DNA of 63,997 nucleotides, the filler included, from Basidiobolus ranarum (Eukaryota), in assembly GCA_040143965.1 (NCBI GenBank). It is 5 parts of 5 records of this genome, joined end to end, with 100 filler letters (N's around TTAATTAATTAA, not from the genome) between each part and the next. Parts side by side here need not be neighbours in the genome. Positions count along the whole stretch, not along the records: positions 26,578 to 39,716 come from JASJQH010007376.1; positions 39,817 to 52,954 come from JASJQH010007377.1; 3 more parts are not named here. The stretch is one strand, 5' to 3'. Below, piece by piece: positions 26,578 to 39,960 of the stretch. Within the stretch, counting starts at the first letter, position 1. Every line of letters begins with the position of its first letter. The position numbers and the translations under genes are program-made. Under the pieces are notes generated by a model. That model was not told the origin of the DNA and did not search any database. It saw only the letters and a program-made list of their open reading frames with translations.

Positions 26578-27443
26578 GTGGCCATGTTCATTCATCAAGT
26601 CAACCCTCATCCTCAACGGAGCGTGTGCTTCGATCTAGGTGCTGACATGTGGAAAAGATGGACTGTCGCCATTTTCGACAGTCTGGGAATTGGGTGTAAG
26701 TGTTGTCTCATAGATGTTGGGGGTATTTTAATTCACAAGTCTCATCAAAGAAATAGAACGACCTGAAATTCAATTTAAGTAATCCCAATTACACTCGACC
26801 TGATTAAGGCTTGGGAACTAAACCAATCATCATTGAATTATCACAATAGCACGTGCAATTACCACATAATCAGTCAAGTGATATCTATACTACCAGGCAT
26901 TGACCAAGATATGTTTGATTCCCACGTCTATCAATTACTGTTGTAAATTCTGCGTGGATGAATGCCAAATATTCAAGTTTACTTGGATTTGTTATCCTGA
27001 TTATCCATTAGCTTGACCTTACTCTACACAGTTTTATCGGTCAATACTAGAGCAAGGTATCGTATACTACCTGCTATTTCACCGTCACGTGAAGTTTTCA
27101 AAGTGTATGATCTCATAAGGTGACTTTGTCCACTGTTCTCATAAAGTGACTTACAAGCCACCATGACATCAAGCATATCGAGAATGTAGATACTCTACCG
27201 ATACTTGGAAGCGAAAACTTTAAATTATTGAAAAGTAAGCTTCACTGTAGTAAATCGATATATTGCCAAAATTCAACTGCTTTTGTACATTGTGCTATTC
27301 AAGTATGTCAGCAGCTTTCTCGAACATCTACGTCATCAGTCCTGAGTATTCAAAAACTGGTACTGACGAAAATTCCACTGAATATTTAGAGTAGTTTGAC
27401 TTGTCCACTGTTGCCTGAAACAGCTAGTTAATTCTTTCAAAAT

Positions 27444-28895
27444 ATGTCCGATAGACCTTATGATATTATTGTGTTTGGTGCCACTGGGTTCACTGGAAAG
27501 TTTGTTGTAGAGGAGCTTTCTCAGCTTAGCTTGAAAACCAAGTTCACTTGGGCGATAGCGGGACGTTCTGAGGAAGGCCTCAATAGAATAGCGGACTTCG
27601 TTCGAGTAAGCACCCAAAAAACCGCCATGGACCACTCTACTGAACACACACCTCACGTTATTGTAGCTGACGTTAACGATGCCTCGTCTATAGAGGAAAT
27701 GTGCAGTCGTGGAAAGGTTCTTATCGATTGCGTTGGCCCTTTCAGGAAATTCGGGGAGCAAGTGGTTAAAGCCTGTATTGCTCAGAAATGCGACTATGTT
27801 GATATTACAGGCGAGCCTGAATATATCGAGCGTATGATGGCCCTTTATCATGAAGATGCAAAACGTAGCGGAGTTACCATTGTTCATGCTTGCGGTTTCG
27901 ATAGTGTACGTGCCATTCCAAAAGGATACATATAGAATTCTTCTCATATTGGTTTTTTTAGATTCCCGCTGATCTGGGAGTATTGTTCACTAAGCGCGAA
28001 CTAGAAAAGCGTGAGGTTATACCTTCAAGTATTGAAATGTACTTTCGTCTCCACCCTGGTTCAAGTGGAGTAGCGGGTCATTATGCAACTTATGAGAGTC
28101 TTGGTAAGAAGCTGATAGTGAACCTATCCTTTTTTGAAAATAGTAATTAATCTATACATTGATATTTTTTGACACTTAGTATATGGAATCAGTGGTGTCG
28201 AATCACTTCGTCAACTCCGTAAACAAATGAAACGCCCCAGAGTTCCTATAGTTGGACCCAAGCTTAAATATAGTGCTAAACCTCGTTATGATTCTCGTAT
28301 CAAAGCATGGACGTTCCCATTTTTCTTTGCTGACCCTTCTATCGTTCGCTCCACACAGCAACTCACCATACTGGAAGAAGAAGTAGGACAATCCCCGCCT
28401 GTTCAATTCTCTGCTTATATAGTGATTGGTCTATTCCAATTTCATTATCTTATCCTTTTGTTCCTTTACCTTTTAGTTCTTGGAACTCTAGCTAATTATG
28501 AATGGGGTAGAAATATCCTACTAGCTCATCCTAAATTATTTACCTACGGCTCATTCAGTCACGAGGGACCCACTGTTAAACAAATTGAAGAGGCCAAATT
28601 CTCATCAACCTTCTATGCTAAAGGATTCACCAAATCTCATCATTCCAACATAGACATCGATCAACTTAAAACCAAACAGCCAGACGTTGAGATTATCACT
28701 AAAGTTCAAGGTGGCGAGCCTGGCTATCATGCTACACCTATATGTGTGGCACAAAGTGCTCTTGCTCTATTGGAATTTAAAGGAGAAGGCAAAATTCCTG
28801 CTGGTGTTCTTACTCCAGCTGCCGCTTTTGCCAAGACTGATTTGATCGAACGATTGAATCAGCATGGTGTTGAATTTTTGGTTTGCAATCCATAG
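27444..28895 (+). CDS. Saccharopine dehydrogenase-like oxidoreductase (SCCPDH family), 3 exons
   Basis: Exons 27444-27905, 27962-28103 and 28180-28895. Motifs YDIIVFGATGFTG, CVGPFRKFGE.VVKAC, YVDITGE, ACGFDSIPADLG, EPGYHAT and GVLTPAAAF. Confidence 0.92.
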
Positions 28896-29350
28896 GGATC
28901 CAATTTTGTTGCATTCATTGTCACATTTAGTTACTTCCCCAACCCATGGCAGAATCCAATTTTCGAAATACTTTCGATAAAAATCAATAACAAATAATCA
29001 ATCCATGTTCTATTGAGATTTTAATAATATAGCATAGTATTATTCGAGTATTCTATCAGAGTTTATTCAAAACAATGACGATCGCGACTTGGCGAAGAAG
29101 CTTAATTGAATCTCTGCACATTGCAAAGGAATTTCGTATCTAACAATGACATGTCACTAGAATGAATTCCAAATTACCACAATGTCTAAAAAAAGGGATG
29201 TAACGATACTTCGAATATTAATAAAGATTGGAGCTTTGATATAAATAACCTTGGGTGGTTTTAAGCTTGAGGTGCATCTTTTAGTATAGGAACTGGATTT
29301 AGTTATTTGAAAACCTCAGGCGTAAGATAGAATTGGATATGCCCATGAAT

Positions 29351-30074
29351 CTAAGATGTTGTTTTGGTCAAGACTGTCATCTTTGGCCTCAGTTTACTGA
29401 GAATATGCGAACGGAATGGATCTCTTGCTTCTCGCAGAATATTGGTAAATTCTATTAGCCTTCCGGGAGACACGGCTAATTCGTATTTGAATATCTCAAG
29501 CAACTCTCTTTCACGCCGGCTCACTTCCCATACAGTCACTTTAGCCAACTTGGCCCATTCTATGTTTTTGGGTGGACTATCGTTTAAAACCTTCTCGGCA
29601 ATGGCTAAGGCAGCTAGAAAATAATTTCGCGCCAAAACGCCTTGTCTAAAGGAGTCAACATTCGCATAGGGTACACACCTCAAGGGTTTCAACTGTTTGA
29701 AACGATTCAAATAAAATAATGCTAGAAAAAATACATTGGGGGAGATGCGTGCTTTGAATAATATATCCGATGTTAACTCACGAAATTCTTGGCGTTTTCT
29801 GGACGGGAATCCACTTGGATAAAAAAAAAGAACACATATTAACTTCTCGGCTAGATCTGCATTTCGATTATGTTGTTAGCAGGGAAGGTTGTCACATAAA
29901 AGTCAACGTTGCTTACTTACCAACAAACGACTCCACATGTTTATTGCTTAAACGATATCTATTTGAGGTTCTTTTGAAGCGTTTGGATATCCTATAGTAA
30001 AGAGACTTAAGTTTGTCTGGGAGATCGAACGACGGACAAACAAATGACAGAATGTTCGTAAGCTTTGTCGACAT
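29351..30074 (-). CDS. Pho80/Pcl-type cyclin-like protein, 2 exons
   Basis: ATG at 30074, GTAAGT donor near 29920. The second exon encodes ARISPNVFFLALFYLNRF...FLAALAIAEKVLNDSPPKNIEWAK...EVSRRERELL, a Pcl-class cyclin box. Confidence 0.75.
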
Positions 30075-31086
30075 AATGTAACGAAGGGCCAAAAGAGACG
30101 ATGAACTGTAGACAATGCGGTTTATCAATGATATTTGTACGAGTCACTCTACGTGCTCGAACTGTTTGATAGGTGAGGCGAGTACGGTAAGTGCTATACG
30201 CCAATTGTAGCCGGTCAACGGTATCTAATGATCCCGGTTGGCCCACAAACTGTGCTTATTTACAAAATATTGCCTAATACATATGAACGATCAATTGTTG
30301 ACAATTACTAGATGATTTTGATTTGAGGGGCCATCAAAGCTTGTAAAAATAGAACCTTGCAGCCATTTAGTGCAGTTGTTTCCGATTGATTTCGGTGGAT
30401 AAGTAGCAAGAATGTTAGTATCATTCGAGTAAAGCCTTTTGAAGATCCAAGGTTGAGTGGTCAAGGGAAAACGTTTTAAGTAGCTTATAATCATCATTGT
30501 TTCATCCAACTTCAAGCGAATCAATTTAACACAAGGTGAAGTTTCAGTGTTTTGTTGCTAGATTCTATTTGATCCACTCTGACATCTAGCCGCCATCAAT
30601 ACAACCATTTAGAGGGGAACTTTGATTCCCAAGACGTCTACAGAGTTTGTTGTTTCGTAGTGTACTGACAAGTTCTTAGATTCAATCAAATTACGTTATA
30701 TCAAAAATAAACACAAGGGCATTTACGATAATCTGTGATTTGTGGCGCTTTTGTTGCCACTCGGTAAACACCAGAAATCAGTCATGTGAGGATGCACGAA
30801 GTTGCTAGTCAAATATGCAACATAAAAGAACAAAATCAGTAATCAGCAATTTGATTTTGGACTATTTACAAATCAGTTAGACAGTATTAGAGTTTAATGT
30901 TCCCTGAGATCGGTTGAGCAAGCCACAAATATGACTCATGTATCGTCAAAATACGAATATTCTATTAATTATCCATCGGACAGTTCGAGGGAAATAGCCA
31001 GAAATGGTAAAACGAGCTACCATAACTTGATTATAACTCCGAAAATTTTTACCAAACTTACACTACCTCCACTCTGAACTAAAGCC

Positions 31087-33110
31087 ATGCCTATCAAAAG
31101 ATACCCGGATGGAAGTACTCCTAAAGTCGCCATCTTAGGTGGAGGGTAATTTTATATATCAAACCCTACTTTCTTTTTGTGAGAAAGTCTTAATAATATT
31201 AACAACTTCTCTAGCCTCTCTGGAATTTGTACCGCTCTACAACTAAAGCGCCAACTCGGTCTAGAATCATTTACTATTTACGAGTCACACAGTGACTTTG
31301 GGGGAACTTGGTTTGCGAATAAATATCCTGGCTGTGCGTGTGATGTTCCTTCGCACATATATTCGATCTCTTTTGAGCCTAAGTCTGGTAAGACTCTCGT
31401 TTACATTCCCTTCTATCGACAGGCTGTACTAAACATAATTCAATTTAGACTGGACTGAAAAATACTCTAAAGCACCAGAAATATTGGAGTATTGTAGAAA
31501 TCTTGCTAAAAAGTACAATCTTTATGACCATGCAAGGCTGAATACTGTGGTGAACTCCATTACTTGGGACGATAAAGTCAAGATATGGAAGCTGAAAGTA
31601 CAACCTCGGGACGGTGAAGAGGAAGAAGTGTCGGCAGACTTTATGTACGTGAGTGTTTGTAGCAAATGGCTAATAAGTCATGACTAACCCCTTTTCTGGA
31701 TGAACATAGAGTCAGTGGTGTGGGAGCACTTCGTTCTCCAGCGATCCCAGAAATGTTTGAAAACTTCAAAGGCCCCTCGGTTCATTCAGCACAGTGGGAT
31801 TCAAAGTTTGAAATCGAAGGAAAAGATATTGCTATCATCGGTAGTGGCGCTAGGTGTGTGTTGGTTTCCAGAGAGCTGGGAGAACCTTCAATCATTGTGG
31901 ATTTATTAATGAATTTTGATAATATAGTGCTGTCCAGATTATCCCAGAGATTGCTGATAAAGTCAAGAACCTGTACGTCTATCAGAGAACCCCCACGTGG
32001 GTAGTACCGCGAAACAACTACAAGTTTTCGAGCGTAGTCAAGTGGATTTTCCAATACGTGCCGTTTGTACGTCGAATGTATCGCTGGTTTGGATTTTTGG
32101 GTGTGAGTGAAAGATCAAATATATGAGACAGAGTCAATCGAACCCAAGTCACTAATGGTTTCAATATTTAGTATGAAATTCAATTTAGCATTTCTCGACC
32201 AGGTTCTTTGGTATCTCGTATCGGGACCAAGCGCAGTCTTCAACATTTGAAGAATCAAGTGACTGATCCGACCAAAAGAGTTCTCCTTACACCGAACTAT
32301 ACAATTGGCTGTAAAAGAGTAGTAGTTTCTGATGATTACTTTCCAGCCTTGGACAAACCGAATGTTCACATCGAGACATCACCAATATCCGGAGTTGAAG
32401 GGCAGACCATTCTTACCGAATCCAACAAACAAAAAGTGGATGCCATCATCTTGGCCACTGGATTCAAAGTCCAAGACTTTCTGAGTCCCATGAAGGTTTA
32501 CGGAAAAGGAGGTCATGAAATAAGTGACATTTGGAACACAACTCCGAAGTCTTACCTTGGTATCTTGAGCCCTGGATTTCCCAATATGTTTATGCTATTG
32601 GGACCAAACACAGGTCTAGGTAAGCCTCTAAGTAAACATCAGTATCTCCACTAGTTATCTTTACTAATCACTGATTTCCAGGACATAATTCCGTCATGTT
32701 CATGATCGAATGCCAGGTAAGCATTCCACTTCCAGATTCAACATGCCATGACTTGTAATGCTAACGATCTCCCCAGGTTAATTATGTCATCAAAGTCATT
32801 TCAGAGATGATGAAACGCGATTATAGCACTGTAGATGTCAAAACATCGGCTCAGGAAAAATACGATAGCGAGATTCAGCAGAGTTTGAAAAAATCTGTGT
32901 GGGTTAGTAACTGTCGTAGTTGGTACAAAAATAGCGAGGGAATCGTAAGTACTTTCCTAATCATGTCCTCATAGTCTGATGCTTGAATCCTCTAACAATT
33001 GGACTTCTTAGGTGACTGCTCTTTGGTCTGGTAATTGCATAGATTATTGGAGAGCTACCAAGTCCTTGAAAACCAAAGATTTGGAATTCGAAAAAGCTAC
33101 TCGAGTATGA
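31087..33110 (+). CDS. FAD/NADPH-dependent Baeyer-Villiger-type monooxygenase, multi-exon
   Basis: Spliced translation: KVAILGGGLSG, GGTWFANKYPGCACDVPSH, BVMO fingerprint FKGPSVHSAQWD, IAIIGSGASAVQ, GCKR, IILATGF, GFPNMFMLLGPNTGLGHNS and CRSWYKN. TGA at 33108-33110. Confidence 0.92.
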
Positions 33111-33311
33111 GATCTGGGATTGAACCTAAGTAAAATGATGAATTTAAAGCATATGTTGTTCCCAAGATTATTTATACCCCTTTGCGCATGACTATTCAGG
33201 ATTAATATTTTTCCCTATAACGCCCTCATGTCTAGCAAAAAATGCATAAAGATATCATTTGAAAAAGTAACTCTGTATACATTGTTCACATAGCCTAGAT
33301 TGTGTAAGATG

Positions 33312-33407
33312 TGTTAAAGTATTTTGGGAGCCTGTTGGAGTAGTTATACTATATTGAGCTAAGCTATATATGACTATATAGGCGTTTAGGCTATGCTATT
33401 TTCAACA
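33312..33407 (-). mobile_element. Internally deleted 96-bp solo LTR of the same Copia family
   Basis: Retains both LTR ends (TGTTAAAGTATTTTGGGAGCCTGTTGGA... and ...CTATATATGACTATATAGGCGTTTAGGCTATGCTATTTTCAACA). TSD AGATG on both sides. Confidence 0.88.
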
Positions 33408-35884
33408 AGATGAACTTCAGTCAACAATCCACTACATTACTGTTCCTCAGAAGTATTGAAAACTTCAACATGGTGATGAGTAAAGTCATCAGAGAACTTT
33501 AACCGGAGTACTAATTATCAAGTGTCTTTAAGTAAGCATTCAATATACCATTATAGCTATCAATGTGCTATAACGTTAGTTCACTACTGATTTCAGATTA
33601 CTTTATATATCCTGACCACTTTAGTTTGCATCCAGTCTCTGTAATCTCTTCTATAGTATACATGTTTGCAGATATTACCAGCTCCTAATTTCTTACTAAC
33701 CATTCACAGTGATATACTAAGTACCTATATCGGATGATCATTTTGGTCGAGTATTTGAAATGCTCCATCTGAAATATCTCAATAGGCAACAATATATTTT
33801 TCAACTGTTTTGAAAACAATACTTAACAATAACACTTGTATAGAAACTGTTTTAAGCACGTTACTACTCTTCAATGTTTTGAGCAGGATTTCATACATAT
33901 CTCCAGTATTTCTGCTGAAAGATACAAAGTTGTCTTTTTATTTGTATTGTAGGGCTACGAAAGAATAAATCAAGAGAGCAATCAGGACTGTGTAATACCC
34001 TCGAAACTATGACAGTATTTTCCTGACTCTAGGTTAGAATATTGTCTATCATTCTCTTTTAGCTTTAGGCGCATCAAACTAGCAAAGCGTTGTAATAATG
34101 TGAACTGTTGGCAGATGCCTACCATCCAAGTATTGAAGAATTGCAACCATGGATATGTATGTATCACCTGATGTACAATGATGAAGCTGCATAATTTGGA
34201 GCTTCTCTGTACTAGTCTCTGCAAATAGTGTATCAATATATATTACGTTGCTGTATAACAAGCTACAAACCGTACTCCTAAACCAGCATATTGAATCAAT
34301 CCGCGATTCTCTTTATTCTCTACTATCAGTCGATCATATTCTGTTCGAAACTGAGTTATGAAGTAACTTCGATGTACTTTTTCAAACTACCACTTCCCAA
34401 TCCCTGCATATAAGTATTTGATCGATTACTTGGCTTAATCACATGCAATAGTTGATAATCTCATATTCTAACCAAATCAAAATGACTATATGAATAATAG
34501 AGACACCTCTTGGACAACACTCTCATCAGGGAATCCTTTAACTGATACAATCAAGCACATTTACCAACATGAAGATGTTCCCATTGCTAACTAACGTAAA
34601 TTTCATAATTTATTAGTGGACATGCTCTTCTTTGTGAGGAGTCTACCCACAAGGATAGTAGACCACCAAATACTTTTTCAAATGCTATGCTACCCTTTCT
34701 ATTGTACTTTCAACCCCAATCAACACTAGAAAATCAGGAGCTGATTTACCTGATTCAACCCCCGTACCACATCAATTATTCTGAAAACAACTTTCAAGAG
34801 CTAATAAAGGAATATAGGTGCGATAGCAGGTTCAAGTAGATTTCCCACGCAGAAAACCTGAACTCTCGTCAGTTTGGCACTGAACCTCATCTTAAAGAAT
34901 TCTTAGGGTACTACTATAATATGCAAAACTGATTCTCGATATTTCTTCTTAGCCACCATTCCACATGGAACATACCTCTGTTCCAAAATCCATAATCTGA
35001 AGATTTTGTTTGTTTACCAAAGTTTGAAACAGAACAACAGATATCACGATATCGCTTAGTAAACTAACCACTTTCCCATGGTTACCTTTTAATCGCGTGA
35101 TACAAATGTATTCCCTAATACTCCAATTCTGTACGGCTACATTGACTTGCTTCTACCTTCCTGAGAACCCAGCTTAGTCTTGGTTTAATTGCTTCATATA
35201 TTCTTTGTGTAGCCCATCCATGATCCAAAGAAGGTAATTGGTCTGATCAATGCGCTCTTCTATTATCATTGGCCAGGGCTACAAATGGTGATTCACCCCA
35301 TGGACTCAAAACTTAAAATGCATCTAATCACTATCGAATAACAATCCTCTCTCTACACACGTCCGATATGGTCTAACCTGACTTGACTAGACTATCGTGG
35401 AAATATTCCATTAATAAGCCTAGCTAATATAGAGCATGTATAATTGGAGGGTGAAAGAAACTAATAGAGATACTTGGGTCAGCATTAGCAATTCGAAATT
35501 ACTCATATTTGGTTTATTGGCTGCAAAGCAGAGCGTGGAGCCGCCCTTTTTGTAGCAAATACTAGATATCACAACAGAATGATTCTTATCAATATGCCGC
35601 AGAGCGTATATTATCGATACATAATCTAGCATTGACCTCATGAGGTGGTTCTGTTCCAGAATATTAATGCTTGCTTCGATTTGGGAATATTATCGGAATA
35701 TCTCCCCTATCCAGGACCTTGCAAAAATAGGGAATTGATTATCTAGTCATGATCATATAAAATCACCTCTTCCTTATTCATCTTGCCCACATTTGCTAGA
35801 TTCTGACTGTTAGTAATTTTTATTACATCCATAAGTCTTGGAGATACAGCTGTAAAAACCCGCAAGAGAAATAGTGGACTTGAG

Positions 35885-37777
35885 ATGGCATACTCACATA
35901 AAAAATCGAGTCCATCTGAGAGTTTCACCAGTAAAACAGGACTCCTAAGTACTACCCCTGGGACTTCAGATTATCGGAGTATCTCTGGACTTTCAGTTCC
36001 AGACGAAAGCGACGGCTTCCGCGTTGGAAGTTATGCAGGAGGCTCTTCTCAGCACCATTCTTTCTTGGAAAAAGATATCGCATCAAGTCCTGGGGCTTTC
36101 ATCTCTAGAGATTTATATAAGGCCCATGATGAATACTTAAATAATGGGAAATTGACGAGGTCTAGGTCGATTGATGACTTGCAGTCTCTAAAACAAGAGT
36201 CCTTGATGGAGGAGTTTCGTAGCCCTTTAGGATTTCGACAACATTTCCTTAGAAACCGGGCTCATTTATCTGGGAAAACTCCTCCTAATTTTGTAACTAG
36301 GACGTGGATAAATTATCTGGATTTATATGGTCATTTTGCTGGAGAAGAGTTAGAAAGTGAAGCCGAGGAAGAATACGACGATTACTACACTCGTGCTGAC
36401 TCTGATTTAGAAGATAACGAGGTTGAAGATAATCAGGCTGGTGATAGCAAAACACACCCTAATGATGAGGAACATGGTCACGAACATGGAAATGTTATGG
36501 GAACAGCTTCAGTAGGAAAATCTTTCTTCCTGCTCTTAAAATCCTTTATTGGAACTCGCGTATTGTTCTTACCAAAAGCGTTCTACAATGGTGGCTTGTT
36601 GTTTTCCACACTGTTCCTTATTTTTATAGCAGTTTTGACATCCGTCTGCATGCTCTTGTTAATCAAGGTTCATGACAAGATCCCAGGCAGTTTTGGTGAA
36701 ATCGGTGGAATTCTATACGGAAATAAAATGCGTATTTCCGTATTAATTTCAATCATCCTTTCCCAAGTAAGTACTCTCCTTCATCGATTAGAACTTTTTC
36801 AATATCTGAATACTAATCAATCATCTTAGATTGGGTTCGTCTGTGCCTACTTTATTTTTGTAGCACAAAACATCCGCGACCTTTTATTAGCAATTTCCGA
36901 CTGCGCTATTGATATCCCACAGCATTATTTCCTCGTACTTCAACTATTTATCTATATTCCTTTTGCTTGGATGCGTAAAATCAAAAGTCTTTCATCAGCG
37001 GCACTAATAGCAAATATGTTAATCTTGTTTGGTCTTGGGTACATCTACTACATTGACGCAAGCAGATTGATGACCTTGGGGCTGGCAAATGTGAAAATGT
37101 TCAACCCTAACGACTTCGCTTTGTTTATTGGCACCGCTTTGTTCACCTTTGAGGGAATTGGTTTAGTCATTCCAATTGTCAATGCTATGAAGGAACCTGA
37201 GAAGTTTCCTCGCATGATGGTCACTGCAATGGTAGTGATGACTGTATTGTTTGTCTCCGTTGGTGCACTTTCATACTCTGCTTTTGGTGATGAGATCCAA
37301 ACCGTGGTACTTCTTAATTTACCATACAAGCATCCTATTACTGAATCCGTACAAGTATTCTACGTTATGGCCATTGTTTTGACCGTCCCACTGATGTTGT
37401 TCCCGGTTACTCGTATCATCGAACAATGGGTTTTCGGCACTCGCACAGGAAAATACTCCTTCAAGGTCAAATGGCAGAAGAACTTGTCCAGATCAATTAT
37501 TTGCATCATACTAGCCTTAATTGCTTGGGGTGGTGCCTCTAACTTGGATAACTTTGTCGCTTTGATTGGTGCTTTTGCGTGTATTCCACTTGTGTTTATC
37601 TATCCTGCTATGTACCATTTCAAAGCTATCGCCACCAAAAGGTTGGTTCGCTTAGGTGACTTGTTACTAATTGCCTTTGGTTTGATCGTAATGTTCTATG
37701 TTACATATATTACTATTACGGGATGGACCACTGCTCATGAAATTGATCGTTGTCCCAACAAAGACATACCTGTATAG
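35885..37777 (+). CDS. Vacuolar amino-acid transporter Avt3/Avt4-like (AAAP family), 2 exons
   Basis: Intron 36767-36829. N-terminal GFRQHFL and YLDLYGHFAGEEL, then FLLLKSFIGT.VLFLPKAFYNGG, FIGTALFTFEGIGLVIPI and KWQKN. Confidence 0.92.
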
Positions 37778-38963
37778 TAACCACGAAGAGATTTTTACGT
37801 AATTCCTTCGCTTTTCTCCAATAGTATAAACTTCCAAACGAATTTGCCATTCAAATGGGCTCTTTCTGTTTATTTCCTTCCCACATCCTATTTCTATCTA
37901 ATCTTACAATACTAGCATGATCGTATTTAGTATCCTCCAACTATCATTTGTTAAATCCACTAAACTGGCTTTACACTCCTAAATGCAACTACGGTATGTT
38001 TCAATATCCACCAGAAGATATCCTGAACGGTCTGTTTGATTCGTATTAACCCTCTAATGCTAAAGTGCTAAAGCCCAGCCATGCTCGAGCCTCTGAAAAT
38101 AAAAAGCTGTTAGCATGACAAATATCATTAATTAATACCTGTGAGGTTTGTAAAGTAGCGGTAGATTATGAGAACGAATCGATACGAATAACAACCAAAA
38201 ATTGAACAATAAATTCACAACTCTAATCGAAGGTTACAGGAGCTATTCAAATTCGAAAGGGAGAATATTGAAGTTGACTTCAAGCAGTGTCAGCCAAAGC
38301 CATTAAAACCAGCAACCAAGGCAATATTAATTCTGAGTTGAATTAAAAGCTTATTTGATTTTATCGATGGTGCCATTAATCATTTTATTCATGGAGGAAT
38401 TCTCAGAATGGTTACAGTATAACCAAAAGTATTACTGATAAATCATCTAGATCCAAAAAACGAAGATGTTGATTGGCCATAAAGTATACTTCTCAGTTAA
38501 TGCGTATATTCACATTAAGCTTGTTCGAAAATTCGGCTTTTTTCCACAGAAAGCAATTTAACGAATAATAGTATCTTTAGATGATTGAATGCTTTATCCT
38601 AGACGAATCTATTGGGTATTGCTTTTCAATGACAGTCTTGTATCAGCTACGAAGATTAATTGATTGGATTGTGGCATCTAGGACCAAATAACGCTGAAAA
38701 AGTTTAGTGTTATCAGGAATCAGTGGTAATGTGAATAAGAGTTTTCAAAAAAAAATCCAACGGCTTGCTATATAACAACGTGCTGGTTGTCCATATGGCA
38801 CTCTTGAGCATTTATCTCATTTCTTTTGTGGTTTTTGGGTATAGGGACTCTCGTGTGCTTGACCTTACCCCGGTTTCCTCGTTATATCAACGTTAAACTT
38901 TAGCAAAAAAACCAAGCGAAGCACATATTTTCGAAAAAAGCAATCCTTTTCTCCATTTTAAAG

Positions 38964-39716
38964 ATGTCCACTCTAACCATCGCTGCTTATACGACCAGTA
39001 CTATTGTCTGCGTCGCCTTCGGTATCTTTGCGCTGTATCTTAGTAAGAAAACTCAACAACGTAATGAAGATACTGAGTTCTTTCTTACTGCAAGAAATTC
39101 TTCAAGTCGAGCCAAGATCACTTGGAGTTTTTATGCAGCTGCTGTCGGTGCCTGGTATGTGCTTATTAAAGTGTTTCTTACGAGCATCAGCTAATTCCAT
39201 TATTTTAGGACCTTATTTGGCCCACCAAGTTATGCTCTAAATGCCGGTATCGTTGGTTTGGTAGCGTATGCAGTGGCTACTGGAATTCCTATATTTCTCG
39301 TGGCATTCTTCGGCAATAAGATTCAAACTCGTTACCCACACGTAATTTCTCTTTCTGATTTTGTGCGTTGGCGTTTTGGAGAGACTTTGAAATACTTTGT
39401 TGCACTTGTCATGATCTTTAATATGGGAATTGCTTTAATCGCTGAATACACATCTATTGGCGACCTTTTTGAGACTGGCATTGGAACCACCAGAATCCCC
39501 ATCGTCATCATCATCGGTGTGATAACCATGATCTATACCGCAACCGGTGGGCTCTATGTGTCTATTGTTACCGATCAAGGACAGGCGATTTTAAGTCTAG
39601 TATTTGTTGCCATCATGATTGTTTATGTAGCTGCTACGTTCCGATTGCCCTTACCAAGCGAGTTACCTCCGAATTTGGCTCCAAATTATTACGGTTGGGG
39701 AGCGATCGCAACCATG
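38964..39716 (+). CDS. Sodium:solute symporter family transporter (Dur3/polyamine transporter-like), 5' part
   Basis: Intron 39155-39208. Motifs TEFFLTARNS, SLSDFVRWRFG and IYTATGGLYVSIVTDQGQ. Truncated by the spacer. Confidence 0.85.
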
Positions 39717-39816
39717 NNNNNNNNNNNNNNNNNNNNNNNNNNNNNNNNNNNNNNNNNNNNTTAATTAATTAANNNNNNNNNNNNNNNNNNNNNNNNNNNN
39801 NNNNNNNNNNNNNNNN
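39717..39816. other. Artificial contig spacer
   Basis: 100-nt N run with TTAATTAATTAA. Confidence 0.97.
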
Positions 39817-39960
39817 ATCTCAAACAATTGATTTACTTTTCTACTATATAAGTCACCATATACTCTTAAGAATAAAGTAACTAAAACACACTATCATAAG
39901 TTGCTTCTAATACACAAAGTCTACCCCCATTATGTCAAGATCCTCCAACAATGATTAAAA

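Noticed and set aside
27444-39716. Oxidoreductase + monooxygenase + two transporters as a possible metabolic gene cluster
   Set aside because: No backbone synthase or regulator. The genes are common families separated by long intergenic DNA and an unrelated cyclin.
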